From the NCBI GenBank assembly GCA_963736005.1, contig CAVTNB010000001.1, positions 1,312,001 through 1,376,000 of the forward strand: 64,000 nt of DNA, read 5' to 3'. Below the pieces are notes generated by a model. It saw nothing but the letters and a program-made list of their open reading frames with translations, made no database searches and was not told the origin of the DNA. The stretch is from an uncultured Pseudomonadota bacterium (lineage in GTDB: Bacteria > Vulcanimicrobiota > Vulcanimicrobiia > Eremiobacterales > Eremiobacteraceae). This document shows positions 1 to 8,924 of the stretch, one piece after another (the stretch's first letter is position 1; every line of letters starts with the position of its first letter). The translations under genes were made by a program, and so were the position numbers.

Positions 1-108
1 TGTGCCGGGCATGTACTTGAGGACTTCAGCAATTGGCGCCGTAGCCCGCCCGAGCATCACCGTGATGGTAACCCGCACATCTGCGAGCGTCTCCATGTTG
101 AGGGTCAT
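1..108 (-). CDS. fliN: FliN/SpoA-domain flagellar motor switch protein, 5' part (runs off window)
   Basis: Manual translation MTLNMETLADVRVTITVMLGRATAPIAEVLKYMPGT fits the SpoA pattern (DV.V.I.V.LGR...I.EVL....G). Its ATG overlaps the upstream TGA (ATGA at 105-108). Confidence 0.7.
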   Translation of the reverse strand, partial: MTLNMETLADVRVTITVMLGRATAPIAEVLKYMPGT

Positions 109-887
109 CTGCCACTTACGAGCAGTTCGGTAAGCATGACGGCCCGTTGTCCGAACAGCGACCCCAGTTGTGCCCGCGCTATTCGCTGCCTTCCCGCATA
201 AAGGAGCGCGTACGGTCCGCCGCAACTCCGCCGCAAATGGAGCAGCGAGCCGCTTTGCCACTGCGAAAGTGAGGCGAGGTCGCATGAGTTTGCGGGTATG
301 GTCGCTCGAAGCGGTAGCGAAACGGCATGAAGATTCGGCCGCACGATCGAGGGTGGTGGGGGTGGCATGCAGGCAGCAAAGAGCAACAACCTTGACGCAC
401 GGTTGTGAGGGCCAAACAATTCTATCGTGCAGCACCAGGTTGGCGGAAGCGGTCTCACGCGCAATTCTTCGCGGACGCTCCGAGCATCCGAGGATGATCC
501 TGCAAAGAGCCTGCTGACCGCTTCGCCCACGATGCGCCGCTCGATTTCGCTGAGCCTACTCCGGGGCGCGGCGCCCACGATCAGACCGAGCAGCTCGCGC
601 TCGCCCTGCGAATCGACAACGCAAAATGCCTCGATGCCCTCATACGCAACTCGCCAAGCTCGGTCTTCCGCACCTACAAGATCGAGATACGCCTCGCGCC
701 GTATCGCGCTCTGTGAAGCGGAGGTGACCTCTCTGAGAACGTGCGGCGCAGTATCGAGGAGACTGCGCGCGAGCCGAGACAGCGTTTGGCCAGCCTCGTC
801 AATTTCCCCAGCGGGCGCCTTTGAGGATTGTTTCGGCACGCTCCATCGTTGCAGGCGCGACCTCGTCGCTTGTCCGTTCGCGCTCAT
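105..887 (-). CDS. Divergent FliM-like protein with C-terminal SpoA-like domain
   Basis: C-terminus (LPLRATIPANSCDLASLSQWQSGSLLHL...ARAQLGSLFGQRAVML) resembles FliM/FliN C-domain; 'LSEIERRIVGE' resembles FliM 'T.IE..I'. Sits between flgG-like and fliN with ATGA overlaps. Confidence 0.55.
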   Translation of the reverse strand: MSANGQATRSRLQRWSVPKQSSKAPAGEIDEAGQTLSRLARSLLDTAPHVLREVTSASQSAIRREAYLDLVGAEDRAWRVAYEGIEAFCVVDSQGERELLGLIVGAAPRSRLSEIERRIVGEAVSRLFAGSSSDARSVREELRVRPLPPTWCCTIELFGPHNRASRLLLFAACMPPPPPSIVRPNLHAVSLPLRATIPANSCDLASLSQWQSGSLLHLRRSCGGPYALLYAGRQRIARAQLGSLFGQRAVMLTELLVSGR

Positions 888-1591
888 TTGACGACGTTCA
901 ATGCGATCCGCACAAGCGTGTCCTCACTATCGGCAAGTGCAACGTCGAGTTCGGCTCGCGCGCTGCGGATCCACACCTTGCGCGCGTTGTCGCGCACTCG
1001 TTCAAATTCTGGCGAAGCCGGCTGCCGTTCTATGCTGAGGTGCACCGCGTCGGCGGGAAAAAGCTTCGGCGAGCCTGATGGCACTGTGGCGACGAAGTCG
1101 GACGAACCGCGCTGCCCAAGCTCTTGGGCGGCTGGAAAAATCGCAACGCAAAGTCGCCCCAGTTCAACTCGATCCGGCTGCGTGAACTGATCGTTTTTCG
1201 GGAGGATTCCAAAGAGAACGCCTCGCTCGTCTATGTCGTAGTCAGCAAAATGGTGAGCCTCGATCTCGTTTTTTGGGACTCTCAGCGGAGCTGGGCCCAC
1301 GCCTACCTGATTCGTTGCAAACCCGAGTACCGAGCGGTTATGCTCGTCGAGCAAGCGACCATCGGCTGCCATGTGAAAGTGCGCATCTTTTGCGTACACA
1401 AAGCCGGCGTTGCTGCGGAGCACAAAAAAGCCGTTCTTCGCACCGAAATGACCGACGGCGTTGTTATCTGCGTCTTGCACGCGATCCGATGCCTGCTCGA
1501 GGGCACTGAGCCAGGATTGATTCTGCACGATGAGTTCGTTCATCTCGCTTTGCGGACTCGCGGTTGGCTCGCTGGAGATTGGCTCGATCAT
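884..1591 (-). CDS. Divergent flagellar rod/hook (FlgF/FlgG/FlgE)-like protein
   Basis: GFFVLR...YAKDAHFHMAADGRLLDEHNRSVLGF and YDIDERGVLFG...ELGRLCVAIFP...L match the FlgG/FlgE core. Start placed at MIEPISS (1591); the ORF extends to 1711. Confidence 0.65.
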   Translation of the reverse strand: MIEPISSEPTASPQSEMNELIVQNQSWLSALEQASDRVQDADNNAVGHFGAKNGFFVLRSNAGFVYAKDAHFHMAADGRLLDEHNRSVLGFATNQVGVGPAPLRVPKNEIEAHHFADYDIDERGVLFGILPKNDQFTQPDRVELGRLCVAIFPAAQELGQRGSSDFVATVPSGSPKLFPADAVHLSIERQPASPEFERVRDNARKVWIRSARAELDVALADSEDTLVRIALNVVK

Positions 1592-2143
1592 GCGGGGCGG
1601 CTCTAGAGCGCAAACCCAGAAGCGACATACGCGCGACCGCGAAATACAGTGCACGTGAGGTGCCGACCATCGGCAATGACACATAGCCGCCGATACGGCA
1701 CTACGTGGCACGCCCCACGTTCGCGAAGTTGTCGCGACCGAGGCTCATGGCGACGTTGTTTTTCGGCGCTCGGAAGCATGCACGTGAAACGGTGGCGGCG
1801 ATCCTTCTCGCACTTGATGACGGTCTGCGCAGCCGCGCTGCTCGGCTTGGATTTTACCCGCGTGGTGAAAACGTTCTCACAAACACAAGGAGGGCGCGCA
1901 AGAGCAGTCGCGACTTTTTTACAAGGCTTCCAATCTGAGGATTGTCCGCCACGAACGTGCAGACCCCATGCCGCGCGTTGGGCGACGCTTAAGCCTCCGC
2001 GCGCACTGTAGCAACCTGAATACAGAAACGAGTCCTCTGAGACGCGCGCAACACCATGGAATATCATGTGCCACCTCGCATGGAGTGGCCATGATACTGA
2101 GGCGTGTTGTCCGAGTTGAGTCCATGTGACGACGAAACCGCGT

Positions 2144-3199
2144 TTAGTGGACCCGCATTTCGCTTGCCTTGAACGTCGCCACCACATCGGCACCCGGCTT
2201 GATATCAAGGTCCGCCGCGGACTGGCTCGTGATGCGCGCGACGATGGGAGGCGAGCTTGCAATGCTGACGCGGACCGCGCCTCCATCCGGAAATGCGTGC
2301 ATGACAGGGCCAATCAAGCAATTTCGCGCTGAGGAATCCGGGCGTGTCTTGGAGAGCACGACCGAATCGGGATCGATGACCACAGCGACGTGGCCCGTCC
2401 AGCTGCCGAGGACGGTCAGCGGCGTGCCATTGATCAACACGACGCTGACGCCGCCGGCCTCTGGGTGCGCTGTGCCCGTAAAGAGATTTACCCCAGAGAA
2501 CGCTGCAACATAGCTCGAACGTGGCCGCTCCCGTAGCTGCGAAGCGCTTCCCCGCTGGACGACCGTGCCTCGCTCGAGCACGATCAACTGATCCGCAAAG
2601 AGCATCGCCTCAACCGGATCGTGCGTGACGACAACGGCCGCAGCACCTGACTGCGCGATGTGCCCGAGCAAGGCTTCGCGCACGGGCGCCCGGCGTTCCA
2701 CGTCAATCGCGGAAAGCGGCTCATCGAGTAGGAGCACGGCCGGGGACGTGGCAAGCGCCCGCGCTATCGCAACCCGTTGCATTTCACCGCTCGACAGAGA
2801 TGCTGCTTTGCGATCAGCAAGTGACAGAACCCCGAAGCGCTCAAGCAGATCGCGACCGCGTACGCGCGCAAACGAGCTCGCGCTGCCACATGCGCGCAAT
2901 CCGAAGGCAACATTTTCAACAGCACTCAGATGGCCAAACAGAGCATACTCGGCGAACACGAAGCCGCAACTGCGACCTTGCGGCGGCACAAAGATGTGAC
3001 GCTCCGAGTCGAACCAACATTCGTCATCGTGCCAAATGCGACCGCGTTGCGGCCGCAAGAGACCCGCAATCGCGCGAAGAGTGGACGTCTTGCCCGCGCC
3101 GCTGGCTCCGACGAGAGCAACCGCTTGACCGGGTTGTACGCGCAGATCGCACGCCAGTGCAAAGCGTCCGAGAGCGTTGTGGACATTAATCTGCAGCAT
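2144..3199 (-). CDS. modC: Molybdate ABC transporter ATP-binding protein with C-terminal TOBE domain
   Basis: Walker A GASGAGKTS, LSSGEMQR signature, LLLDEPL Walker B, TOBE-like C-terminus (ARITSQSAADLDIKPG..VVATFKAS). Confidence 0.9.
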   Translation of the reverse strand: MLQINVHNALGRFALACDLRVQPGQAVALVGASGAGKTSTLRAIAGLLRPQRGRIWHDDECWFDSERHIFVPPQGRSCGFVFAEYALFGHLSAVENVAFGLRACGSASSFARVRGRDLLERFGVLSLADRKAASLSSGEMQRVAIARALATSPAVLLLDEPLSAIDVERRAPVREALLGHIAQSGAAAVVVTHDPVEAMLFADQLIVLERGTVVQRGSASQLRERPRSSYVAAFSGVNLFTGTAHPEAGGVSVVLINGTPLTVLGSWTGHVAVVIDPDSVVLSKTRPDSSARNCLIGPVMHAFPDGGAVRVSIASSPPIVARITSQSAADLDIKPGADVVATFKASEMRVH

Positions 3200-3217
3200 C
3201 GAGGCGAGCCCGCAGCA

Positions 3218-4033
3218 TCACAATCCAAGACCGCTGTCTCCGGCAGCATGCCGAACAGCAAGCAAAGCGCCGTACGAGAGCAGCATCAAAATCACGGCAA
3301 TAGCAATTGCCGCTTGCAGATCTGTCTGCGCCGCCATGTAGACGGCGATTGGCATGGTCTGCGTGACGCCCGGCAGATTACCCGCGAACGTAATGGTTGC
3401 GCCAAACTCGCCCAGCGCGCGAGCCCACGCCAGCGTGAGACCACCCGCGAGAGCGGGCATTGCCGGCGGCAAGACGATGCGAATGAACGTATATGCACGA
3501 GAAGCGTGCAGAGTCGATGCTGCATCGAGAAGCTGCGGATCGACACGGGTAAAGACGCCTTTCGCGACGGCGATGTACAGCGGCGCCGCCACGAAGGTCT
3601 GCGCAATCACGACCGCGGCTGTCGTGAAGGGAAGATGCAATCCAAAAAAATTCAACTCGCGGCCCAAGAGGCCAGCACGCCCGAAGGCGAGCAATAAGGC
3701 CAGGCCACCGACCACCGGCGGCAACACGACCGGCAACATCACGAGTGTCTCCAGCGCCGCTCGTCCGCGAAATGGGGTGGACAGCAATGCCGCAAGTGGT
3801 GTGCCGAATACGACAATGATGAGGCTTGAGAGCAGACTCGTGCGCACAGATAGCCAGAGCGCTTGCGAGACCACGGGATCGCGCAACGCTTCGCTCATGC
3901 CCGATGGTGTGATTCGAAGGATGAGCGCGACGAGCGCGATTGCACCGAAGAGCACGAACAACGCCGCGAGAACGAGCGCTGTTGCGGTGAGCGTTGCGTC
4001 TCGCGCGGCCGAAGCGGGCGACCGCTTGATCAT
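3218..4033 (-). CDS. modB: Molybdate ABC transporter permease
   Basis: LPVVLPPVVGGLALL and WARALGEFGATITFAGNLPGVTQTMPIAVY motifs. Confidence 0.92.
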   Translation of the reverse strand: MIKRSPASAARDATLTATALVLAALFVLFGAIALVALILRITPSGMSEALRDPVVSQALWLSVRTSLLSSLIIVVFGTPLAALLSTPFRGRAALETLVMLPVVLPPVVGGLALLLAFGRAGLLGRELNFFGLHLPFTTAAVVIAQTFVAAPLYIAVAKGVFTRVDPQLLDAASTLHASRAYTFIRIVLPPAMPALAGGLTLAWARALGEFGATITFAGNLPGVTQTMPIAVYMAAQTDLQAAIAIAVILMLLSYGALLAVRHAAGDSGLGL

Positions 4034-4051
4034 CTGGTGTGGTCGCAGCGT

Positions 4052-4780
4052 CTATTGCGGCGCGGCTGTGAAACCGAATCCAGCGAGAATATTTTGACCG
4101 TCCGAGGAATGAACGAAATTGACGAACGCAGTTGCGTCGCTCGGCGCCGCACTCGAGTGGACCGTCCCAACGTAGTAGGCAATTGGAGTGCCTGGCAGCA
4201 CCGGCAGCGTAATCGTCCGCACGCTCGTTTGGCCCAAGGCATCCGTGCGATACACGATACCTGCATCCGCTTCACCCAGGGTCACCTTGCTCAAAACAGA
4301 TTCGACGTCGAGTTCGTTCGAGACGACGTTCTGCAACACAGCGTCTGAATACTTGGGGCCATATGCAGGATCGGCATCCATGCCTGCGAGGAGTCTGCGA
4401 GCGTAGGCGCCGCACGGGACTGCCTGCGCGCAGAGCACGAGCTTCGTTCCGGGCTTGGTAAGGTCAAGCGGGCTTGCAATGCTTGATTGCTGCGCGACAA
4501 CCAGCACAAGTTGGTTGCTTGCAAACGCTACGGGATTTGCCACCACTCCAGCGCCGACTGCTTTGTCCATCCAACGCTCGTCTGCGCTGGCAAAGACATC
4601 CGCTTGCGCGCCGCTTTCGAGCTGCGCCTCGAGAATCTGACTGCCGTTAAAACTGAAGCGAAGAGTGACCCCAGGGTGGGCTGCCTCGAATTGTTTTCCC
4701 AAAGCGGGGAATGCATTGTGCAGCGAGGCCGCGGCGAAGACGGTGAGTACTGTTTGTGCAATGAGAAGAAGAGAAAGCAT
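4052..4780 (-). CDS. modA: Molybdate ABC transporter substrate-binding protein
   Basis: VFAAASL, ADVFASAD, VPCGAYA and GEADAGIVYRTD motifs; upstream of modB. Confidence 0.92.
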   Translation of the reverse strand: MLSLLLIAQTVLTVFAAASLHNAFPALGKQFEAAHPGVTLRFSFNGSQILEAQLESGAQADVFASADERWMDKAVGAGVVANPVAFASNQLVLVVAQQSSIASPLDLTKPGTKLVLCAQAVPCGAYARRLLAGMDADPAYGPKYSDAVLQNVVSNELDVESVLSKVTLGEADAGIVYRTDALGQTSVRTITLPVLPGTPIAYYVGTVHSSAAPSDATAFVNFVHSSDGQNILAGFGFTAAPQ

Positions 4781-4928
4781 GCGCTTTGGCTACGCCGTCA
4801 GCACCATGAAATCGCTGTGCGCGGTGCACAAGGTGGGGCGTGGGGGGTGTTACTCGGGGCTCAATCACCGATTTTCGGAATTTGCCTCTATTTTCTCGCG
4901 CTCCACGTACTGCGCCTGACAGTCCTTG

Positions 4929-5315
4929 TCATTGGCCGGCAGGCGGTTGCCATAGTTCTACCTTGTTTCCTTCTGGATCGATAACCCAGGCGAACTTCCC
5001 ATACTCGGATTCGTCGATCTTCTCAAGTACGTTGCAGCCTTCTTCGCGCAAGACTTTGACTAGAGCGTGGATATCTTCCACCCGGTAATTGATCATGAAG
5101 GTGGCGGTGCTGGGCGCAAAGTGGTCGCCTTGCGCCGAATCAATAGACCAGATGGTTGTTCCAGCAACCGGCTTACCGTCACCGTCTGTCCAAGCAAAAG
5201 CTGTGCCACCCCATTCCTGCACATCGATTCCGAGGTGTTGTTTGTACCAAGCTTGTAGCGCCGGAGGATCTTTGGCTTTGAAGAAGATGCCGCCGATGCC
5301 AGTGACTCGCTTCAT
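4929..5315 (-). CDS. VOC/glyoxalase family protein
   Basis: MKRVTGIGGIFFKAKDP...FMINYRV...YGKFAWVIDPEGNKVELW; GGAGG RBS. Confidence 0.9.
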   Translation of the reverse strand: MKRVTGIGGIFFKAKDPPALQAWYKQHLGIDVQEWGGTAFAWTDGDGKPVAGTTIWSIDSAQGDHFAPSTATFMINYRVEDIHALVKVLREEGCNVLEKIDESEYGKFAWVIDPEGNKVELWQPPAGQ

Positions 5316-5460
5316 AGAACCTCCCAGGTTTTAGGACGCATAGCGCAACTGCACCACGCCGCTTGCGAAGTGTGGACTCCCAGCAGCTTCAAGTCGAGCT
5401 GTCAAATTGATGCCGCGAAAGAGAATATCACCAAAGTTGGCAATTTCGGTGATACAGCAG

Positions 5461-6087
5461 TTACTCGGTGCGCGTCAGGGGAGCTGGAGTTGTGGGCGCG
5501 CTCAGCGGAGGGGCGACCGAGGTCGCAAGCATGCCTTCGACTCTGCGCAGCCCGTCATCGAACGCAGCTGCATCGCGATCGACCTTGTAGATCGCGCTCA
5601 AACCATGGATTTGGGCTGCCAGCGCGCGAGCGATCGAACGCGCGTCGACGCCTTGGGCGCGTTCCAGCGCGTACTCCGTGACGACCGGCTCCAGTCGGTC
5701 AACCAGCGCGGTGAGCGCTTTGCGCAGCGGCTTTGCAAATGGTTCGACATCGCCCAATTCGGCGAGGAGGTTGCCGAGTTGGTCACCGTGGTTGTCGCGA
5801 TGGCGCTGCGCCGCGATGTGCCCGAGGTAATCTGCGAGTCGCTGCTGGGGTGATTTTGAGTGCGAGAAAATTTCGTCGGCTTGCGGGCTTGCGAACCATC
5901 GCTCGATCTCGCCGATGATAGCCACGCCGAGCTCGTCTTTGCTGCGAAAATAATGATAGAAATTGCCTTTACCAACGCCGGCAATTTCAAGAACGTTCTC
6001 GACACTTGTACCTTTGAAGCCCTGGCGGTAGACTACTTCGGCAGCTAGCTCGATAATATGCTGCCGACGATTAGCCATGAACGACAC
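5461..6087 (-). CDS. TetR/AcrR family transcriptional regulator
   Basis: N-terminal HTH GFKGTSVENVLEIAGVGKGNFYHYFRSKDEL. Confidence 0.9.
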   Translation of the reverse strand: MSFMANRRQHIIELAAEVVYRQGFKGTSVENVLEIAGVGKGNFYHYFRSKDELGVAIIGEIERWFASPQADEIFSHSKSPQQRLADYLGHIAAQRHRDNHGDQLGNLLAELGDVEPFAKPLRKALTALVDRLEPVVTEYALERAQGVDARSIARALAAQIHGLSAIYKVDRDAAAFDDGLRRVEGMLATSVAPPLSAPTTPAPLTRTE

Positions 6088-6189
6088 TCCCAGGACAGCA
6101 TCGGATGGAGATGCTGCAGTACATCATTCGCGCCTTCGCACGTGTGGGTCGCCCGGCCTCCCGTCGCAGCTCACATTAGTGCCTTTTAC

Positions 6190-7695
6190 TCACCGGGCGT
6201 CGTAGCCGATTTCCACCGTGCGCAGCTTGCTCTCGACGTCGTCCGTCTGCGGCGTGACCGGCTGGCACCGGTAGACTTGCTTGGCGATATCCACAGGTTC
6301 GTTGCCGTTTGGTTGTGGTGCAATGGCATCAACCACTGCCATCCCCTTCACCACTCTGCCAAAGACGGTGAAGCCTCGATCGAGATGCAGTTGTGGGGAT
6401 TGCGTGATGTAATATTGACTGCCCGCGGTGTCGACGAGCGGCACCATTGCTTTTTGGTCGTAGTCGAGTCCGTATGAAATGATCCCCGTCAACTGTGGCA
6501 CCGGATTGAGCTCCGCTGGAATGCTGTAACCCGGACCTCCGTTCCCGGTGTTTTTCGGATCGCCACCTTGGACGACGAAGTTTGCGATCACCCGGAAGTA
6601 TGTGAGATTGTTGTAAAATCCGCGATCGACGAGCGACAAGAAGTTGTCCACGCTGTACGGTGCCACATCCGGAAAGAGCTCAAGGACGATGACGCCCTTG
6701 CCGGTGACGATCGCCACCTGCGGGTGTGCACCAAAGGGCGCCCCACTTGGGACAGGTTGCGGCTGCGCGAAATCGGACTGCGGCACCTTTGGCGACTTGA
6801 TGTCCACCTTCGTCGGATCGCGAAGCCCCATCAGTGCATCGCGGACTGCCACGCGGACGCGCCAAGACGAGTCGTTCGCACTGAGCCGGATAGGCAATGC
6901 GTACGTACGGTCCTTGAGCCTACCCAGACCCGCCACCGCATACATGCGGACGAGTTCCTCGCTGTCCGTGAGCAGGCGACGCAGCGCGGGCGCCTCATTT
7001 TGATAATAGCCGCGCGCCAGCGCCCACGCTTCGCGCCAACGAACCTCTTGGTCGCGCTCGGTAAAGATGTTCGAAGCCAGCGTGTCGGCGGCCACTTTGC
7101 GGTGCGCGTAGTCCAAGGCAGGTGCGCCGGAGATTCCGGCTTCCCCGAGCGAGACAGCGACCTCTTCTCGGACCCTGACGTCGGCATTGCTCAGCTGCGG
7201 CCAGAGAGCATCAACAGCCGGCTGGCCCCCGATCCTCCCAAGCGCGTTGGCGGCCATGGCGGCAACCGCGGGCGAGTTACCTCGTAGCGCGCCCGCGAGT
7301 GGATCGATCGAGCTTTGCGATCCGATGAGACCCAGCGCGAACGCGGCCATCGCTCGCACTGAGTCGGGCCGACTCGAATCGGAGAGCACGGTCAAGAGCG
7401 TTTGATTGCCCGCGGGGTTGTTGAGACGGCCAATCGCAAGGACCGCTCGCGCCGCAACGACCGCATCTCGATCGTTCACGTACCGAACCAGGGCCGACGG
7501 ATCCGTCTTGCGATCGCGCTCGAGCAAGCCGATGGCGCCAAGGGCGCTCGTACTGAGTGCGCTGGGGGTGGGCGGCGCAAGTGGTGCGGGCGAAGCGCCC
7601 AGTGCAACGGTTGGCGCAACAAACAGCCGGTACAAACCGATCGCTACGACGCTTGCCAACAAGAGAGCGACCGAGAACCGTACTGCAACGGTCAT
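6190..7695 (-). CDS. Membrane-anchored HEAT-repeat protein fused to cyclophilin-type peptidyl-prolyl isomerase
   Basis: N-terminal hydrophobic segment; HEAT repeats (VRAMAAFALGLIG, VREEVAVSLG, VRWREAWALA); cyclophilin motifs FRVIANFVVQGGDP and GSQYYIT...HLDRGFTVFGRVVKGM. Confidence 0.88.
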   Translation of the reverse strand: MTVAVRFSVALLLASVVAIGLYRLFVAPTVALGASPAPLAPPTPSALSTSALGAIGLLERDRKTDPSALVRYVNDRDAVVAARAVLAIGRLNNPAGNQTLLTVLSDSSRPDSVRAMAAFALGLIGSQSSIDPLAGALRGNSPAVAAMAANALGRIGGQPAVDALWPQLSNADVRVREEVAVSLGEAGISGAPALDYAHRKVAADTLASNIFTERDQEVRWREAWALARGYYQNEAPALRRLLTDSEELVRMYAVAGLGRLKDRTYALPIRLSANDSSWRVRVAVRDALMGLRDPTKVDIKSPKVPQSDFAQPQPVPSGAPFGAHPQVAIVTGKGVIVLELFPDVAPYSVDNFLSLVDRGFYNNLTYFRVIANFVVQGGDPKNTGNGGPGYSIPAELNPVPQLTGIISYGLDYDQKAMVPLVDTAGSQYYITQSPQLHLDRGFTVFGRVVKGMAVVDAIAPQPNGNEPVDIAKQVYRCQPVTPQTDDVESKLRTVEIGYDAR

Positions 7696-8924
7696 CAGTC
7701 TGCCGACCAGTAATCCTTTAGGGCTTTGCCGCGACTGGGGTGGCGCAGCTTGCGCAACGCCTTCGCCTCGATTTGCCGGATGCGTTCGCGCGTCACGCCG
7801 AACTCTTGGCCGACCTCCTCAAGCGTTCGCTGATGTCCATCTTCTAACCCGAAGCGCAGCACCAGCACTTTCCGCTCGCGCTCGGTGAGATTTTTGAGCA
7901 CATCGCCCATTTTTTGCTTGAGCATGGTCACCGAAGCCGCTTCGGCGGGCGCCACGGCCTCCGGGTCTTCGATAAAGTCGCCTAAATGGCTGTCTTCTTC
8001 TTCGCCAATGGGGGTCTCGAGCGAAATCGGCTCTTGCGCAATCTTCATAACCTCTCGCACTTTGTCGGGCGAGAGTTCCATTTCTTTCGCGATTTCTTCA
8101 ACTGACGGGTCGCGGCCGAGCTCTTGCAGTAATTGGCGAGAAATTTTGACGAGGCGGTTAATCGTTTCAACCATGTGGACGGGGATGCGAATCGTGCGCG
8201 CTTGATCGGCGAGCGCGCGCGTGATGGCCTGACGAATCCACCACGTCGCGTAGGTGGAAAACTTGTAGCCTTTGCGATACTCGAATTTTTCGACGGCGCG
8301 AATGAGTCCCAGATTGCCTTCTTGGATCAGGTCTAAGAACTGCATGCCCCGGCCAACATACTTCTTTGCTATGCTGACGACCAAGCGGAGGTTTGCTTCG
8401 GTCAGATCGCGCTTGGCGCCATCCCCAGCCTCGACGATCCCCTGGTTTGCTTGCACGCCCTCTTGCTTTGCGCGCTCGAGTTCTTCTTCTGCAAGCTCGA
8501 TGGTCTTTGCGAGCTCTTGTTCCTGCGCCATGCCCAAGAGCGGCACCCGGCCGATCTCTTTGAGATACATCCGCACCGGGTCATCGAGTGCAACGCCCGG
8601 CACGAACGTGAGATCTTCCGGAGCCTCCTCAACGGGCTCGGGTTCATCTTTTTCTGCCTCGGGAGTGTCTGGCATCTCGGTGATCTCGATGCCTTGGCCC
8701 ATAATCTCCTCGACGAGCTCGTTGCCCTTTTCGGGATCGTCTTCGTCGTAAGCCGCCGAAATCGCAGCGATCTCGTCGTACGTCAGCGAGCCGCGCTTTT
8801 TACCTTTCTCGATGAGCGCCTTGACGGCAATCTCGCGCGGTACCGCGGGTGCGGCCGGCTGACCATTCTCTGCAACTGGTTCGGGCGTTGCCTTCACCGG
8901 AGTGCGCGGTTTGCGCGCTGGCAC
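7695..8924 (-). CDS. rpoD: RNA polymerase primary sigma factor
   Basis: [58 protein letters not shown]. Confidence 0.97.
   Translation of the reverse strand: MPARKPRTPVKATPEPVAENGQPAAPAVPREIAVKALIEKGKKRGSLTYDEIAAISAAYDEDDPEKGNELVEEIMGQGIEITEMPDTPEAEKDEPEPVEEAPEDLTFVPGVALDDPVRMYLKEIGRVPLLGMAQEQELAKTIELAEEELERAKQEGVQANQGIVEAGDGAKRDLTEANLRLVVSIAKKYVGRGMQFLDLIQEGNLGLIRAVEKFEYRKGYKFSTYATWWIRQAITRALADQARTIRIPVHMVETINRLVKISRQLLQELGRDPSVEEIAKEMELSPDKVREVMKIAQEPISLETPIGEEEDSHLGDFIEDPEAVAPAEAASVTMLKQKMGDVLKNLTERERKVLVLRFGLEDGHQRTLEEVGQEFGVTRERIRQIEAKALRKLRHPSRGKALKDYWSAD

Noticed and set aside
1975..2015. c-di-GMP-I riboswitch-like GACGC..AAGCCTCCG segment near the flagellar genes
   Set aside because: Wrong strand for the flagellar genes and the GGCAAAC/GAAA elements are missing.
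1603..2313. 236-aa minus-strand ORF
   Set aside because: Overlaps modC, has Arg/Cys-rich shadow-like composition and no motifs or RBS.
4781..4928. Moco riboswitch upstream of modA
   Set aside because: I could not identify the conserved Moco RNA elements, only weak hairpins; an Rfam scan would be needed.
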